A stretch of 64,000 nucleotides of DNA from Cycas panzhihuaensis (taxonomy: Eukaryota; Plantae; Cycadophyta), in the NCBI GenBank assembly GCA_023213395.1, contig CM041465.1:252037741-252101740 (forward strand), read 5' to 3'. The position numbers and the translations under genes are program-made. Positions 51,401-64,000 of this stretch are shown in pieces; the stretch's first letter is position 1; each line of letters starts with the position of its first letter. The notes under the pieces were generated by a model. That model saw nothing but the letters and a program-made list of their open reading frames with translations, had not been told where the DNA came from and made no database searches.

Positions 51401-54075
51401 AAAAAAGATAAAGAATGGTGTTTGTGTATTGATTACCAAGCCTTAAACAAAATCACTGTTAAAAATTTGTATCTCTTGTCACGCATCGATGATTTGTTGG
51501 ATCATCTTAAAGGAGCCACATATTTTACAAAAATTGATTTGGCCTATAGATACCATCAAGTTCGGGTCAAAGCTAATGATACATGGAAAATAGTCTTCAA
51601 GACTCAAAATGGCCTTTATGAGTGGTTAGTCATGCCCTTCGGTCTGACTAATGCTCTTGCTACTTTTATGCGACTCATCAATGATATTTTTCACCCTCAT
51701 TTAGGTAAATTTGTCATTGCCTACCTTGATGATATCTTGGTCTTCAACAACAATTTGGACAAATATCTGCAACATGTTAATACCGTCATGGCTTTGTTAC
51801 GACAGCATCAACTCAAAGCCAAATTTATAAAATGTTTCTTTGCATAGGACTCTTTCTCTTATCTGGGATTCATCATTGACAAGGACGACATCCATGTCGA
51901 TCCAGATAAGGTTCGAATAATTCAACAATGGCCAACTCCTTCTACTTTAACTGAACTCAAAAGTTTTCTTGGTTCTATCAACTTTTATAGAAAATTCATC
52001 TCTCACTTTTCTAGCATTGCCCATCCTCTTAATATTCTTACCAAAAATTCCACAAGTTTTGTCTGGAACTCCTCTATTGAATCAACTTTTCAAAAACTTA
52101 ACGTTGCCCTATGTACCGCAACCGTTCTTCATCTTCCCGATCTCTCTCAACCCTTTGAACTAGAAACTGATGCTTCCCAATTTGCCCTTGGCACCATTCT
52201 TAAGTAGGGAGGACATCCTATTGCTTATCATTCTAGAACCTTCTCCCAAGCCAAACTCAATTACAGCACTTACGACAAAAAATTTTACGTCCTTGTCCAA
52301 GCCCTACGTCATTTGAGACACTTTCTCCTTGGCAACAAAACCATTGTTCATACTGATCACTAGCCCCTACAGTTTCTTAACTCACAATCCAAAATCCAAG
52401 AACATAGACATCTTAAGTGGGCTTCTTATATTCAACAATTCCAACTTGTCATTAATTACAAAAATGGAGTTTCTAACCTCCCACCTTATCTTTAGCCACC
52501 TTCCTCACCACCACATTCAATCCATATTCTGAATGGCAACACTTGCTTCCCTCTGATCCCCACTTTGGTCCTATCCTTACTGCCTTGTCTCAACCTCCCC
52601 AATCCAATCTTGAACCTTTCTCAGATTATCATCTCAAAGATGGACTCCTGTATAAAATGAATCATCTGTGTGTTCCAGTGCGCACTCCACAATAACAGAT
52701 CGTCATTGTTTGTCAGTTTGCCAAAATGGTTATTTTTATTCCCTGCACCAAAAACATCTCTACTTCTCACACTGCAAACTTATTTTTTAAGCATGTTTGG
52801 GCTCATTATGGACTTCCTTTTTCTATAATTTCTGACAGGGATAGTCGATTTCTCAGTTATTTTTGGAAGTCTCTATGAAAGATGCTTAGTTGTCAACTAG
52901 AATATTCAACATTGTTTCATCCTCAGACTGATGGACAAACATAATTGGTTAATCGCACCCAGGTACATGCACTTCGCCTTTACCAACATAGCAATAAACA
53001 ATGGGACACACATCTTAATCATATCCAGCACAGCTATAATCGAGCAACTCACGTTTCTCTTGGACAATCTCCTTTTGAAGTTTGTTATGGATATCAACCA
53101 CTTGCTCTTTATGAACTATCACTAGTTCTACCTTCTCCTGTCACAGGGCATGAACAAAAGGAACAACAGAAAGTTGTTTCTTTTATTGATCACATGACCA
53201 AGTTACACTCCAAGATCAGTCAAATTCTTCATCAGACACAAATCAAATATGTATGTGCTCATGATCAACATCGTTCTGCAGGTTCTTTTAAAGTTGGCGA
53301 AAAAGTTTGGCTCCACCTTGAATGTAAATAGTTTAAGCATCAGCACAAGCTTAAACCTATTCGATTTGGTCCATATACTATTCTTCAAGCAATAGGATAG
53401 AATGTGTTTTGCCTTGATCTACCTACACATTTGGGAATTCATGATGTGGTTAATATCAATCAACTCAAGTTTTATGAGCCACCACATTTAGAAGTTGAAC
53501 CTCCTCCTATTCATCTTATTTGATACAATTCTAGATTTCCAGCCTCTTCTTTCTGAAGACACCATTCTCGACATCGACGAACGTGACAATGCACTATAAC
53601 CACATATCTCCTTGGATGTAAAGGAACTCTACCCACCAGCGCCAAATTCGTTTCTACTTCAGCACTCTAGGAACATTTTCCCCATCTTTAGTAAAAATTG
53701 TGGTCAATTTCTTTTTAAGCAAGGAGGGAATGATGAGTATAGTCCTAGTCTTATTTTCTAAGTAACATTGTAAAAAGGTACTTAGGGTACCCAATTACAC
53801 ACAACATTGTAAAAGTTACTTAGGGGACTTAATTATTAATTAGGTACACAAGTGACACGTGTCCCACATACAAACTAACTTGAGTTTATATAAAGATGTA
53901 CATTTTCCAAAGGAATGAATGAAGAAAATAAAGCGAAGACATTCTTTCTTACCCTCTCCTCTGGCTTTATTTAGATCCTGTCTTTTCTTGAGAATACTCT
54001 GAGGCCTGAAGAATCTTATATTCCTGTGTACATTTTGTGCCTAAAGCAAGGAGGGCTAAGCAAAAGACCATATCG
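48499..54075 (+). mobile_element. Complete Ty3/gypsy chromovirus (CRM-like), decayed gag-PR-RT-RH-IN
   Basis: 345-bp LTRs 48499-48843 and 53731-54075. Perfect TSD TAAAC. PBS TGGTATCAGAGCC 48846-48858. PPT AAGGAGGGAA 53721-53730. PR region PQPKPYTLGWV. RT ORF 51317-51847 (MPFGLTNA, YLDDIL). RH LETDAS. IN FHPQTDGQT. Confidence 0.95.
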
Positions 54076-54221
54076 TAAACCCACGACTACCTAGTGAAAA
54101 ATTACTAGCTTTGGCCTCATCTACCCCTAAGGTACAAGAACTCGGCCTATACTACATCCACGTTCCCGAGCTAATATTGATGCCAAATGGTTGCCACACT
54201 AAACAAAAATAGGCAATGCAA

Positions 54222-54530
54222 GCTCTAATCCCACTTGCTACAATCCCAAAGTAATCAATAGCACTAACACGTAATAACTTGGTGAAAACTAATGAAATAA
54301 TGGCTAAATAAACAAGAACAAATACAATGAATTAAACTATAGTTGATCCAAAGGTAAATCTCCTATTTGCTAACCTCTTTGATGCAAGAGAACACACAGA
54401 GTTGTTGCCTGCAGATGTCACAAAATAATAATTCACAAATGGTGTGATGATCTCCTCATCAAAGCGTTCTTTAAATAGAGAATTATATATAGTAGACCCT
54501 AAGTTAGCTGCCAAATTCGGAGAACATAAC
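54222..54530 (-). mobile_element. LTR fragment with degenerate PBS, same family as LTR 34979-35380
   Basis: Shared CAATAGCACTAACA..AGTTGATCCAAAGGTAAATCTCCTATT; PBS-like TGGGATTAGAGC at 54222-54233. Confidence 0.65.
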
Positions 54531-55395
54531 AAAAGCTCAAAATATTATAAATGATGAAAAAATAACAAAATGAATAACAACAATGTCTTTGGTTGTCCCT
54601 CTTCGAAACAAGGGTTGAAAGTAGTTAGGCCAAGATCAAAACACATTAGCACATAAAAATTAAGAGGTAGAATCAGTCTACCGACAGTAAAAAGATCTCC
54701 TTGATTAATGAATTAATAAATGATACACATATAAATACAAGTTTGGCCTTATAACTGCCCAGTAACTCCCTAACGACTCTTGTGGTCTATATATTTTAAT
54801 CAACCCTCATGACTTTTCATGACCCTCACTAGGACTCGCAATATTAAATGATGATGCTATACAATAAATGCACATCAAATACCCCAAAGTAAACATTGGT
54901 ATTTCTAACACTCCCCCTTAATGTTTACCTCATTGGCTTTTATACCAAGATCTTTCTAAAATTTTCAAACTTGTCATGTTCTAGTGGTTCGGTCATAATA
55001 TCTACCAATTATTCATTGGTGGGTCTATAAACTAGCTCAACCTCCCCATTCTATACATGTTCCCTGATAATGTGATGGTGCACTTCCATGTGTTTGGTGC
55101 AAACATGAAACACAATTCTTGGTTATTTCAATGCACATTGAATATGATAGTATAGTTATATAGCATCTTCTTGATGAAGTCCTAAGTCACCAAGAATCTG
55201 TCTCAACTAGGTGGCCTCCCATGCCATTCCCACTGTAAATTTATACGCTACTTTGATCGATGGAAGGGCAACAATGGGTTGCTTCTTGCTACTCTAGAAA
55301 ACTGTAGTTGAACTAAGGCTGAAACAATATTCAAAAGTGGACTTTCTACAATAAGTGCGTCCAACCTAATCTAAATCAGAGAACCCTCATCTAAG
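54530..55395 (-). mobile_element. Ty1/copia RNase H 3' fragment with PPT and 3' LTR (to 54910)
   Basis: Minus-strand RKSTFEYCFSL..SRKQPIVALP and TKHMEVHHH motifs; PPT TAAGGGGGAG at 54911-54920 followed by TGTTAGAAAT. Confidence 0.8.
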
Positions 55396-55800
55396 GTCGT
55401 AGAGGACATCGAGGTTTTATTAAACAAGGCTTAGGATGCTTTAGCCTCTAATGATTTTGTGGAGGTCATCAACTCTTTAAGTTGTGGGCTTCAACCTTCC
55501 ATGGACCACTTCCTCTAGCAATGATGTTGCAACAAATCTTCACAAAACTGGTGACCAATCCATCTGCACCTTCCTTCTACATTGTAGGGTTGGTGGGAAT
55601 CAACATGAGAGGGTATTTTGTCATTCATCAACACCAACATATCTCCTAAAATAGGAAACCAAAAACACAAATCTACATCCTAACATCATAGGCTTCACAC
55701 ATCTTTTCTCCATTTGAGGCTTCATGCCCTAATCTCTTAAGTTCTCTTAGCACCACCTATATACACTTGCGATAGAATTATGGCTGGCTCTAATACCAAA

Positions 55801-57985
55801 TGAAAGAAGTTAAACCAAGAACAAAACACATAACACAAAAATTTAGTAGTAGAATTTGTGGGAACTCCAATAGGAATTTAGACCAAAATCAATGAAATAA
55901 ACACAGACCTATGCTAATTTCAAATATGACAACATTATTTAAGATAGAATAATTATCAATAATGCACCAAATAGAGTAATCCCCAAATATATATGCCAAC
56001 CAAATACAATCCTTGAAACCAAATAATGATATATCAAGTACTTATTTTACAGAAAGTACCCTCTTAGAGGCAAGGTGTCCTCCAGTGCAACCTCCACCTA
56101 AGGCCAAATGTTACAGACTTGGATAATCTCCTTACAATGATGATTACAATGGGGGTTCAATATTCAATAAACAAGAGCATCAAATGACATATGGTAAAAG
56201 TCAATTTTTAAGAGAGAGAATTAGAGGTCAGCCTAAAAAAGAAGAATAAATAGGGCCAGCTAGCATTTGGGAGGAATGCTACAAGCCCCACCCTTGAGAA
56301 CACACTTGACCCTCAAAGCATGGAGAGGTGAGAATGTTGCTAGTACCATGCTTCAAATTCCCACATGTCTTCCTCATCGAGGTCTTTCCACTTGATCAAA
56401 TGCTTGCGAATCTTCTTGGAGTGTAGTTGTTTGGCCCAGATCTAGAGCATGCCTTCAAATTCTACAATCAACTTTCTTTGTTTGTCCAATATGGGAAGCT
56501 ATGTATGGACTATCATGGTTTGTCCCAAATTCAACTTGAAATAAGAAATGCGGAACACATTGTGCACTTTGTTGTTGGGGGCTAGATTGAGTCAATAGGC
56601 TACTTCTCCTACCTTTTCCAAGATCCAATATTGCCTATAAGACCATTGTTGCCATTTGTGCCTCCCTATTTACTTAAGGGTAGATTGTTTGTATTATTTG
56701 CATCCTAAGTTGAGATTGTCCTTCAAAATTTCTAATGTCTAAGCCAATCGTTGTTACTAGTCTTGTACAACAAGTGCATGGGAGTTATTGGCCCAAGTGA
56801 TGAGAGATAGGGGCTAGTAACCACATAGTGCTTGAAAAGGTGTCATCTTTGCCGATGTCTGATAGGTGGTGTTGTACCACCATTTAGGCTAGTGTCGTTG
56901 CTTGTCGGATGAAAATTTTCAAAGATAGCCTTCCAAACATTTATTCACTACTTCTATCTGTCCATCTGTTTATGCATGATAGGTTGTGCTTGTTGTGAGT
57001 TTAGTACCGACTCGATGAACATCTCCACATTTTGATACAAACTTGTAAATAACTACTTTGAACCCTTTCCAAAAAAATATATTGCGGACCTCACAATACA
57101 TTTTGTCGATGCCTACATGTCCTGACAAGGGTGTCACATGAGCTTCTTCGAGACACTCCTCCTTTAGTTTTGATGTATTAGGGACAAAGATTTCCCCCAA
57201 TGTGATATCAAATCATTCCACAACTTGTAATTTGTTTGTGTCCCTGCCTAGATTTTCTAGAGTATCTATTATGACATTAGATCTTCCTGGTGTTCTTGTG
57301 CCAACTCGTGTGTCCAGCTGGATGTGGCCATTAAAATAGTTTGGAGGGCAAATTACTCTAGAATCTTGGATAGTGCATTTACAACCACATTTTCCTTCCA
57401 TTTCTTGCATATGATATCAAAATTGAAAGATTACAGCTTGCTTACCCATTTTCATTGTTTGGTCAATAAGGAATTTTTATTGAGGAAATATTTAAGGCTG
57501 TCGTGATCTATCGTGACTAAGAATTTGCTCGTTAATAAGTAATGTTGCCATTGGTGGATGGTGTGCATAATTTCAAACATTTCATTATCATAAATATGCT
57601 TCAACCATCCTCTTGAATTTAGTTTCTAACTTTCGCAGGCTATGGGTCGATTATTCTAGAGAATAACTACTCCTAATCCAACTCAAGAAGCTTCACATTA
57701 TAAAACAAATGGTTCATTGAAGTCTAGTGTGGCTAACACGAGGGCAATAACCACGGCATTTTTCAATGGGGATAACATACACACATATGTACATATATAG
57801 GCAACATACATATGTACATACATGGGGGTAACATATATGCATACATATGTATACATGGGGTAACATACATACAGACATATGTACATACATGGGGGTAACA
57901 TACACACATACATATGTACATACATGGGGGTAACATACATATGTACATTCATGGCCAACATACATGCATATGTACATATATGGAC

Positions 57986-58020
<35 letters not shown>

Positions 58021-59959
58021 GCTATTTAGTTATAGTTTATTTTAATAGGACACAAATGCTAAATACATTAGAAAATAAGCTTCAATAATCAACCTTACAT
58101 CAATTTATCCTTGAGAAAAGTTAGAAGCAATAATCAACTTATTAAACCAACAAATACTATAAGATGTAGACCTATATTAAATTCTTTTCATCCCATTTTT
58201 AATAATTCCATAGACGCAAATCTAGTTAATAGTATTGCTCCTCATACTCCTCCCCATCGTCATCATTAACCACTAAATATTTATATCCAACATAAATAGC
58301 TAATAATTGGAGTTTGCAAAGTTACTTATACATATGCCTAAAAATGCATATGTGGTAGTAGTATCTATAGAGGAAGAGCAACGAGGTTTCCCTTGGAAAG
58401 CCTACTCTGCTAGTTGGTGTCATATGAATGCTTCCTTTTTCCTTCTTTGTAAGGTCTGTCAGTGGTGTTGCTATGCTTGCATATTCTCTAATAAAGCATT
58501 GTAGCAATTTGGTTGCACCCAGAAAACTTCCAACACTGGTGACATTGTTTGGTGTGAGCCAGCTCATGATGGCTTGGACCTTTTTTGAGATCCATTTTAA
58601 CACCATCCTAGGTGATGGATATGCCCCAAATAATCAAATTCTATTTGTCCAAAAGTGCATTTGGACTCAACTGTGAAGAATTGGTTCTCTTCTAAGACCA
58701 TTAGTACTTCTTACAGATGCTCTAAGTGCCTGTTCCATGTTCAGCTATAATGTCATTCAAGAATACCAAGACAAATTTCCTGATAGATAATTTAAGCACC
58801 ATGTTCATGGTGCAATGGAATATTGTTGGGGCATTAATCAATCCAAATGGAATTACCCTAAACTCGAGCAAGCTCTCATGTGTTTGAAAAGTTGTTTTGT
58901 ATATGTCTTTAGCCTTGATGTGGATTTGATAATAGCCAAAGCAGAGGTCAATTTTAGATAAGAACTTGGCACCACATAAATAATCTAGCAAACCATTGAT
59001 TTGTGATATTGGATACCTGCTTTTTATTGTTAGCTTGTAAAGAGCACAATAGTCAATACACATATGATATGATCCATCCTTTTTTTTAAATCAAAATAAC
59101 TAGAGAAGGAAAGGGGCTAGAACTAGGCACTATGGTTCCTTCTTCTAATCAATCCTTCGTAATTTGTTCTATTTCTTTCTTGAATTGGTATGGGTGCCTG
59201 CAAGGCTGGATATTTACTAGAGCAACTCCTGGTACTTGCTCTATTGTGTGCTCGTTGTCCCAAGGTGGAGTTAGCCCTTTTGGCACATCTTAAAAAGCCT
59301 TGTTATGTTGGTCCAAGATAGCTTGGATCAGGCGGAGCAACTTCAATTAAGATCTTGTAGCAAGACAAAATATGTTGCAGGCTTTTTCTTGAGTTGTTTC
59401 TCCATTCAATGGGATGATACTAACTATGGTGGAGGCGTGAGTGGGGCTTGTAGTTTGTATTTATGCCCCTTTCAAAAGGAACTCATGAATCGTGTGTGTA
59501 ATTGGTGACTATGTTCCCCAAGTTCTAAAGCCATTGTATTCCTAATACAACATCAACACTTCTGATAGGCATAACAAACATATAAATGCTTAGTGTGTAA
59601 TCAAAATTTTAAAGATGTACCTTGTTACAAAAACCCCCGCATGGCATAATGTTTCCATTAGTGATCATTACTCAGAATTGTTTTAATGGCTTCACTTAGA
59701 GGCCCAACTTGGCTGCAATTCATCTGTTGATGAAATTATGCATGCTACCACTATCTACTAATATCGATATCTTGGCATTCTTGATGTTCTCCTTGAAATG
59801 TAGTGTTTGAGGCATATTTGTGGTACCTGGGATTGCCTACAATGATATTTGAACATTCTCAAAATCCATCTCATTGAACAATTCTTCTATTTCTACTTCA
59901 TCCTCTTCTAATAATTGAATGTCTTTTGGTTGATCATCTTACAATGTTATGTTCATTTC
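55801..59959 (-). mobile_element. Decayed Ty3/gypsy chromovirus PR-RT-RH-IN-chromodomain with LTR 55801-56283
   Basis: Protease VDSGSMHNF at ~59750. RT ORF 58722-59063. RH 58322-58606 and 57698-57760. IN remnants (HVTPLSGHVG; YNTTYQTSAKMTPF). Chromodomain-like HLIKWKDL. PPT before TGTAGC. Confidence 0.85.
57771..58016. repeat. Minisatellite (~6 x 30-35 bp CATGGGGGTAACATACATACATATGTACATA-type) followed by (TG)n
   Basis: Direct reading; the overlapping low-complexity ORFs here are artefacts of the repeat. Confidence 0.9.
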
Positions 59960-62900
59960 TGTTAAGAAACATTAATGAACGCATACATGCCTACATCTAT
60001 AGAATCTTTCACCACACATAACAAGCAAACAAGATAAAAACAAAAAATAGTTGCACAGTACACAAGATTTACGTGGGAAACCCTTTCAGGAAAAAACCCA
60101 CCACAAAGATCTATCGATCACATCGATTACCACTTGATTGATATGAATATACAAGCACTCTAGGATAATTATAATCCTTTCAAGAGGTGTCAACTGACAA
60201 GGGTTGCGACTCTCTGCATAACTCACACCATTTTGTTAATCACATTAGTTAAACCACCACATTAACATGAACAAGTGGCTTAACAAACAACTGCCACGCT
60301 AACATCCCCTGTTAATGTGAATGTGAGGAACCTGCAACCTGCAGTAGTTGCATTATCATGAAGGTTTGGACTATCCTGCTTCATTATCCTTGTCGATATA
60401 TCCCCCCTCAAGGATAACATCTACGAGTCCCAATTTGGTACACATCTTTGTGAATTGATCTTCAATAAGCGCTTTGGTGAAGACGTTTGCAAGTTGATAT
60501 TCATTCGAACAAAAGTCGACCTGCAACTTCCCTGACTTGATTTGTTCACAGATGTAATGGTGTTGTATTTCAATGTGCTTTGTAGGAGCATGAAACTCTG
60601 GATTCTTTGACAAGCAAATAGTACTTTAATTATCGACAAAAATAAGCAGATGGCCATTTAAAACTCCAAGAACTTCCAAAAAACCTTGTAACCATATAGC
60701 TTCTTTTGCACCAGCACTAAGCCCTTGATATTCTGCCTCCATAGAAGATAACGCCATTGTTTGTTGCTTCTTTGACTGCCATGAATCAAATCTATTACCG
60801 ACACCAAAGATGTATCCAGTAGTGAACTTCTGATCGTCAGAGTCTCCTTCCCAATTAGCATCAGTGTAGCCATACAACTTTATCTCTTCACCACAAAGAT
60901 ATTCGAGACCAAGATCGAGTGTCCCCATCAAGTACCTAAAAATTCGCTTCATTGCAACCCAATGTGGTTCTTGAGGATTCTACATATATCGAGAAACCAA
61001 TCCGACAACATACACGATATCTGGTCTGGTATGAGTCAAATAGATTAGACTCCCTACCAACTGACGGTACATTTTTCTATCTACAGAGGATTTGGCCATA
61101 TCTTTCTACAACTTTATGCCCTTAGCACATGGTGTTACAACCAGCTTGTAATCCTGCATCCTGAACTTTTCTAGTAGGTTCTTCGCATATTGTGTTTGCA
61201 ACAATACGATCCAATCTTCCATCTCCCTAACTTCAATGCCCAAGAAGTAGTGTAGCAACCCGAGGTCTGTCATATCAAAGGTAGCTCCCAAATTGGACTT
61301 CACTCTGACAATAGTTTTATTATAGATGCCTCCTATGAGTAAATCATCCATATACAACACAATAACTACTATTGAGGTCCTACTTCTTTCGAGATATAAA
61401 TTCGGGTCTAGATCTATAACAACAAATCCTACTTCCTTCAATTTGGCATCAATCTTCTCATACCAAGCACAGGGTGCTTGTTTCAGACCATAGAGTGACT
61501 TCTTCAAACGGCACACAAGATGCTCCTAGCCTTTTTTAATGCATCCCAAAGGCTACAACATGTAAATCTCCTCCTTTAGATCTCCACTAAGAAATGTGGA
61601 CTTAACGTCCATCTAATGTAACTCCCAACCATATGCAGCTACTAAGGAAATGATCAACCAGATCGTCGTTATCTTGGAGACTGGTGCAAATGTCTCCTCA
61701 TAATCAATTCCATCCTTTTGCTTAACCCCTTAAGCGACAAGCCTGGCCTTATACTTGCCCACCTCTCCATCAAAGCGAAACTTTGTCTTGTAGACCCACT
61801 TGCATCCAACAAGGTTCTTCTTCGAAGGTAGTGGAACCAAATCCCATGTGGCACTCTTCATAAGTGAGCCATACTCCTCTTCCATTACAGCTCTATCGTG
61901 GATTATCCTTCGCTTCGTCATACGAAACAAAATCGTTGGAGTTGTTGGTGTCTTCCAGCAAAGTCTGACTAGCATACTGACTTCTTGTTCTCCTATCATC
62001 AGTAAGGGTTTGCATCGCCACACCAGAATCCTCTATTGTCTGTCTTGCCCATAACGATATAGAAGGACCTAGTGTTGTAGGTACTTCTTTAGGTGACGAC
62101 TCCTCACTATTACTCGCTCCACTCGGTTCAACGTCCTCTTGAATTACAACAATTGGCTCATCATCCTCTTCAGCTGTTGAATCTGAAAATGGAAGTAATG
62201 GGGGTTAAAAAGGCTCTTCTAATGACTTTTCAGAAAAATACATCAATGACTCATCAAAATTAACATAGTGACTAATCGCAATTCTTTTTTCCTGCGGATC
62301 CCACAGTTTGTAAGCTTTGTTTTGATAAGAATACCCCACAAAAATATACTTCAAACTCTTGCGATCTAGCTTCTTGCGACCTTCATTTGGGATATGTGCA
62401 TATCCAATGCACCCAAAAGCTTTTAAATGACTAATGACAGGTTTACGAACAGTCTATTTCTCTTCGGGGGTCATGCTTCAAATTGCTTGAATGGGTACCC
62501 TATTCAGAATATAAACAACAGTCGCAACAACTTCTACCCAAAACATCGGTGGCAAGTTTTTTGAATGCACCATACACCTTGCCATCTCCATCATGGTACG
62601 ATTTTTTCTCTCTGTAATACCATTTTGTTATGTGGTATACGGGTTAATAAACTCCCATTTTATACCATCATCCTGACAAAACTGATTAAATGCATGATTG
62701 TCGTATTCTTTGCCATTGTCATTTCTCAATGTTTTAATCTTTTTATCACTTTCATTTTCAACACTCGCTTTCCAATCAAAGAAGCAATCAAACACCTCTG
62801 ACTTATTTTTCAGGAAATATACCCAAGCCTTCTTGGTGTAGTCATTTACAAACACAAAGGTATATCAAGCTCCATATATTGAAGGGTTCGATAGTGGCCC

Positions 62901-64000
62901 CATCACGTTTGTATGCACAAGATCAAGCTTCTCCTTGGCTCTCCAGGCATTGCCCCAAGCAAAAGCATAGCAATGATACTTCCTATACATACACCCTTCA
63001 CAAACACCATCTGAACATGTAACAGATGGTAATCCTTCCACCATTCTCAACCTTTGTAGCAGTTTGATGCTTCTGTAATTAACGTGACCAAGGCGATCAT
63101 GCGGCAATTTACTCGCATCATCTGCGTTGGCAACAAAAACATAGGACTTCTTCTAGTTTTGAAACTTTTCAAACACCCAAAAATTATCTATAACCTCTCC
63201 AGTAACAATGATAGATAAATTCTATTTAGGATCCTTAATCAGACATCTATCTTTATAAAGCTCCAACTTCATTCCTTGTTTGCAGATTTCTTGAGTTGAA
63301 AGTAAATTCAATTGCATCTTGGGTATATTATAGACCCTCTTAAACTTACCACCTGCCAAGGATACATCGCCAACACCTTCGACTAGTAACACACGAGCAT
63401 CTCCAAGGATAATCTCAACACCATTATAATCTACACTCCATGCATCAAAGTTGCACATCTGAAAAGAGATATGCTTCTGTGATCCAGAATCCAATATCAA
63501 ATAATCTCTCCAACTTGACTCGGATGACATGGATGACACTCTGACATAGTGTGCTGCTATGCTCATCCCTTTATCATCTTGGCTAACTTTGCGTTTGTCC
63601 TGTCTCTTGAACCAACAGTTCTTTTCTCTGTGACCTTGCTGCTTGTAGTAGTCACATTTTCTTATGAATTTCTTCTTCTCCCAAGACTCTTCCCCAAACC
63701 TTTGTGTGAACTTCTCCTCTTCAACAGTCTCCCTCCTCTGCGTCTTCATGACTAATACCTGACTTGACTCAGAACCTCCAAGCATCCCATAATGTTTTAA
63801 CTTGGCATCCTCTGCTAAAATAAGATTTCTTATGCCATCAAATGTCTCTCCCTCCATCACACCTCATCTCTACCATAAATGGTCTAGAAAGTGGAAAAAG
63901 CAACTGACAATTTTGACATGATTATCGCAAACAATAGTGCATCATCATTCACATTTACCTTCAACTCTTCTAGCTTCTTCTTCAATTCAATGACTTTATT
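59960..64000 (-). mobile_element. Ty1/copia element (gag-PR-IN-RT-RH, decayed) with 3' LTR 59960-60304; 5' part beyond the window
   Basis: ORFs 63222-63860 (gag/PR, ILDSGS), 62865-63107 and 62628-62855 (IN), 61106-61516 (YMDDL), 60626-60952 and 60371-60613 (RH). PPT AACAGGGGA then TGTTAGC...TTAACA. Inserted into gypsy 55801-59959. Confidence 0.93.

Noticed and set aside
57698-58088. Several Met/Tyr/Val/Cys-rich ORFs; repeat array superficially CRISPR-like
   Set aside because: Translation artefacts of a minisatellite; no unique spacers, eukaryotic context

Overview
AT-rich, CpG-depleted plant genomic DNA. The giant, LTR-filled introns are most typical of a large-genome gymnosperm (inference). 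Over 90% of the window is nested, mostly decayed Ty1/copia and Ty3/gypsy LTR retrotransposons. Four elements are structurally complete with paired LTRs, Met-tRNA PBS, PPT and 5-bp TSDs: copia 13429-21128 (-), RT-less copia 26608-32436 (+), Gag-PR-chromodomain-only gypsy 37715-41017 (+) and CRM-like gypsy 48499-54075 (+). The only host coding sequence is a set of four short minus-strand exons (25381-25300, 25156-25092, 24956-24876, 23871-23791) that the ORF track does not resolve. They splice in frame to encode the N-terminal Spt20 domain of PHYTOCHROME-DEPENDENT LATE-FLOWERING (PHL/SPT20). The next exon is not seen in the 23.8 kb downstream, and the canonical first exon is not seen upstream. 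Main leads: a sense-oriented LTR remnant ending next to an in-frame ATG|GTAAGT just upstream of the PHL exons; several non-autonomous elements with unusual internal architecture; a templated-inversion repair scar; a tandem TRIM; and conserved motifs in LTRs and leaders. All identities and boundaries were judged by eye.
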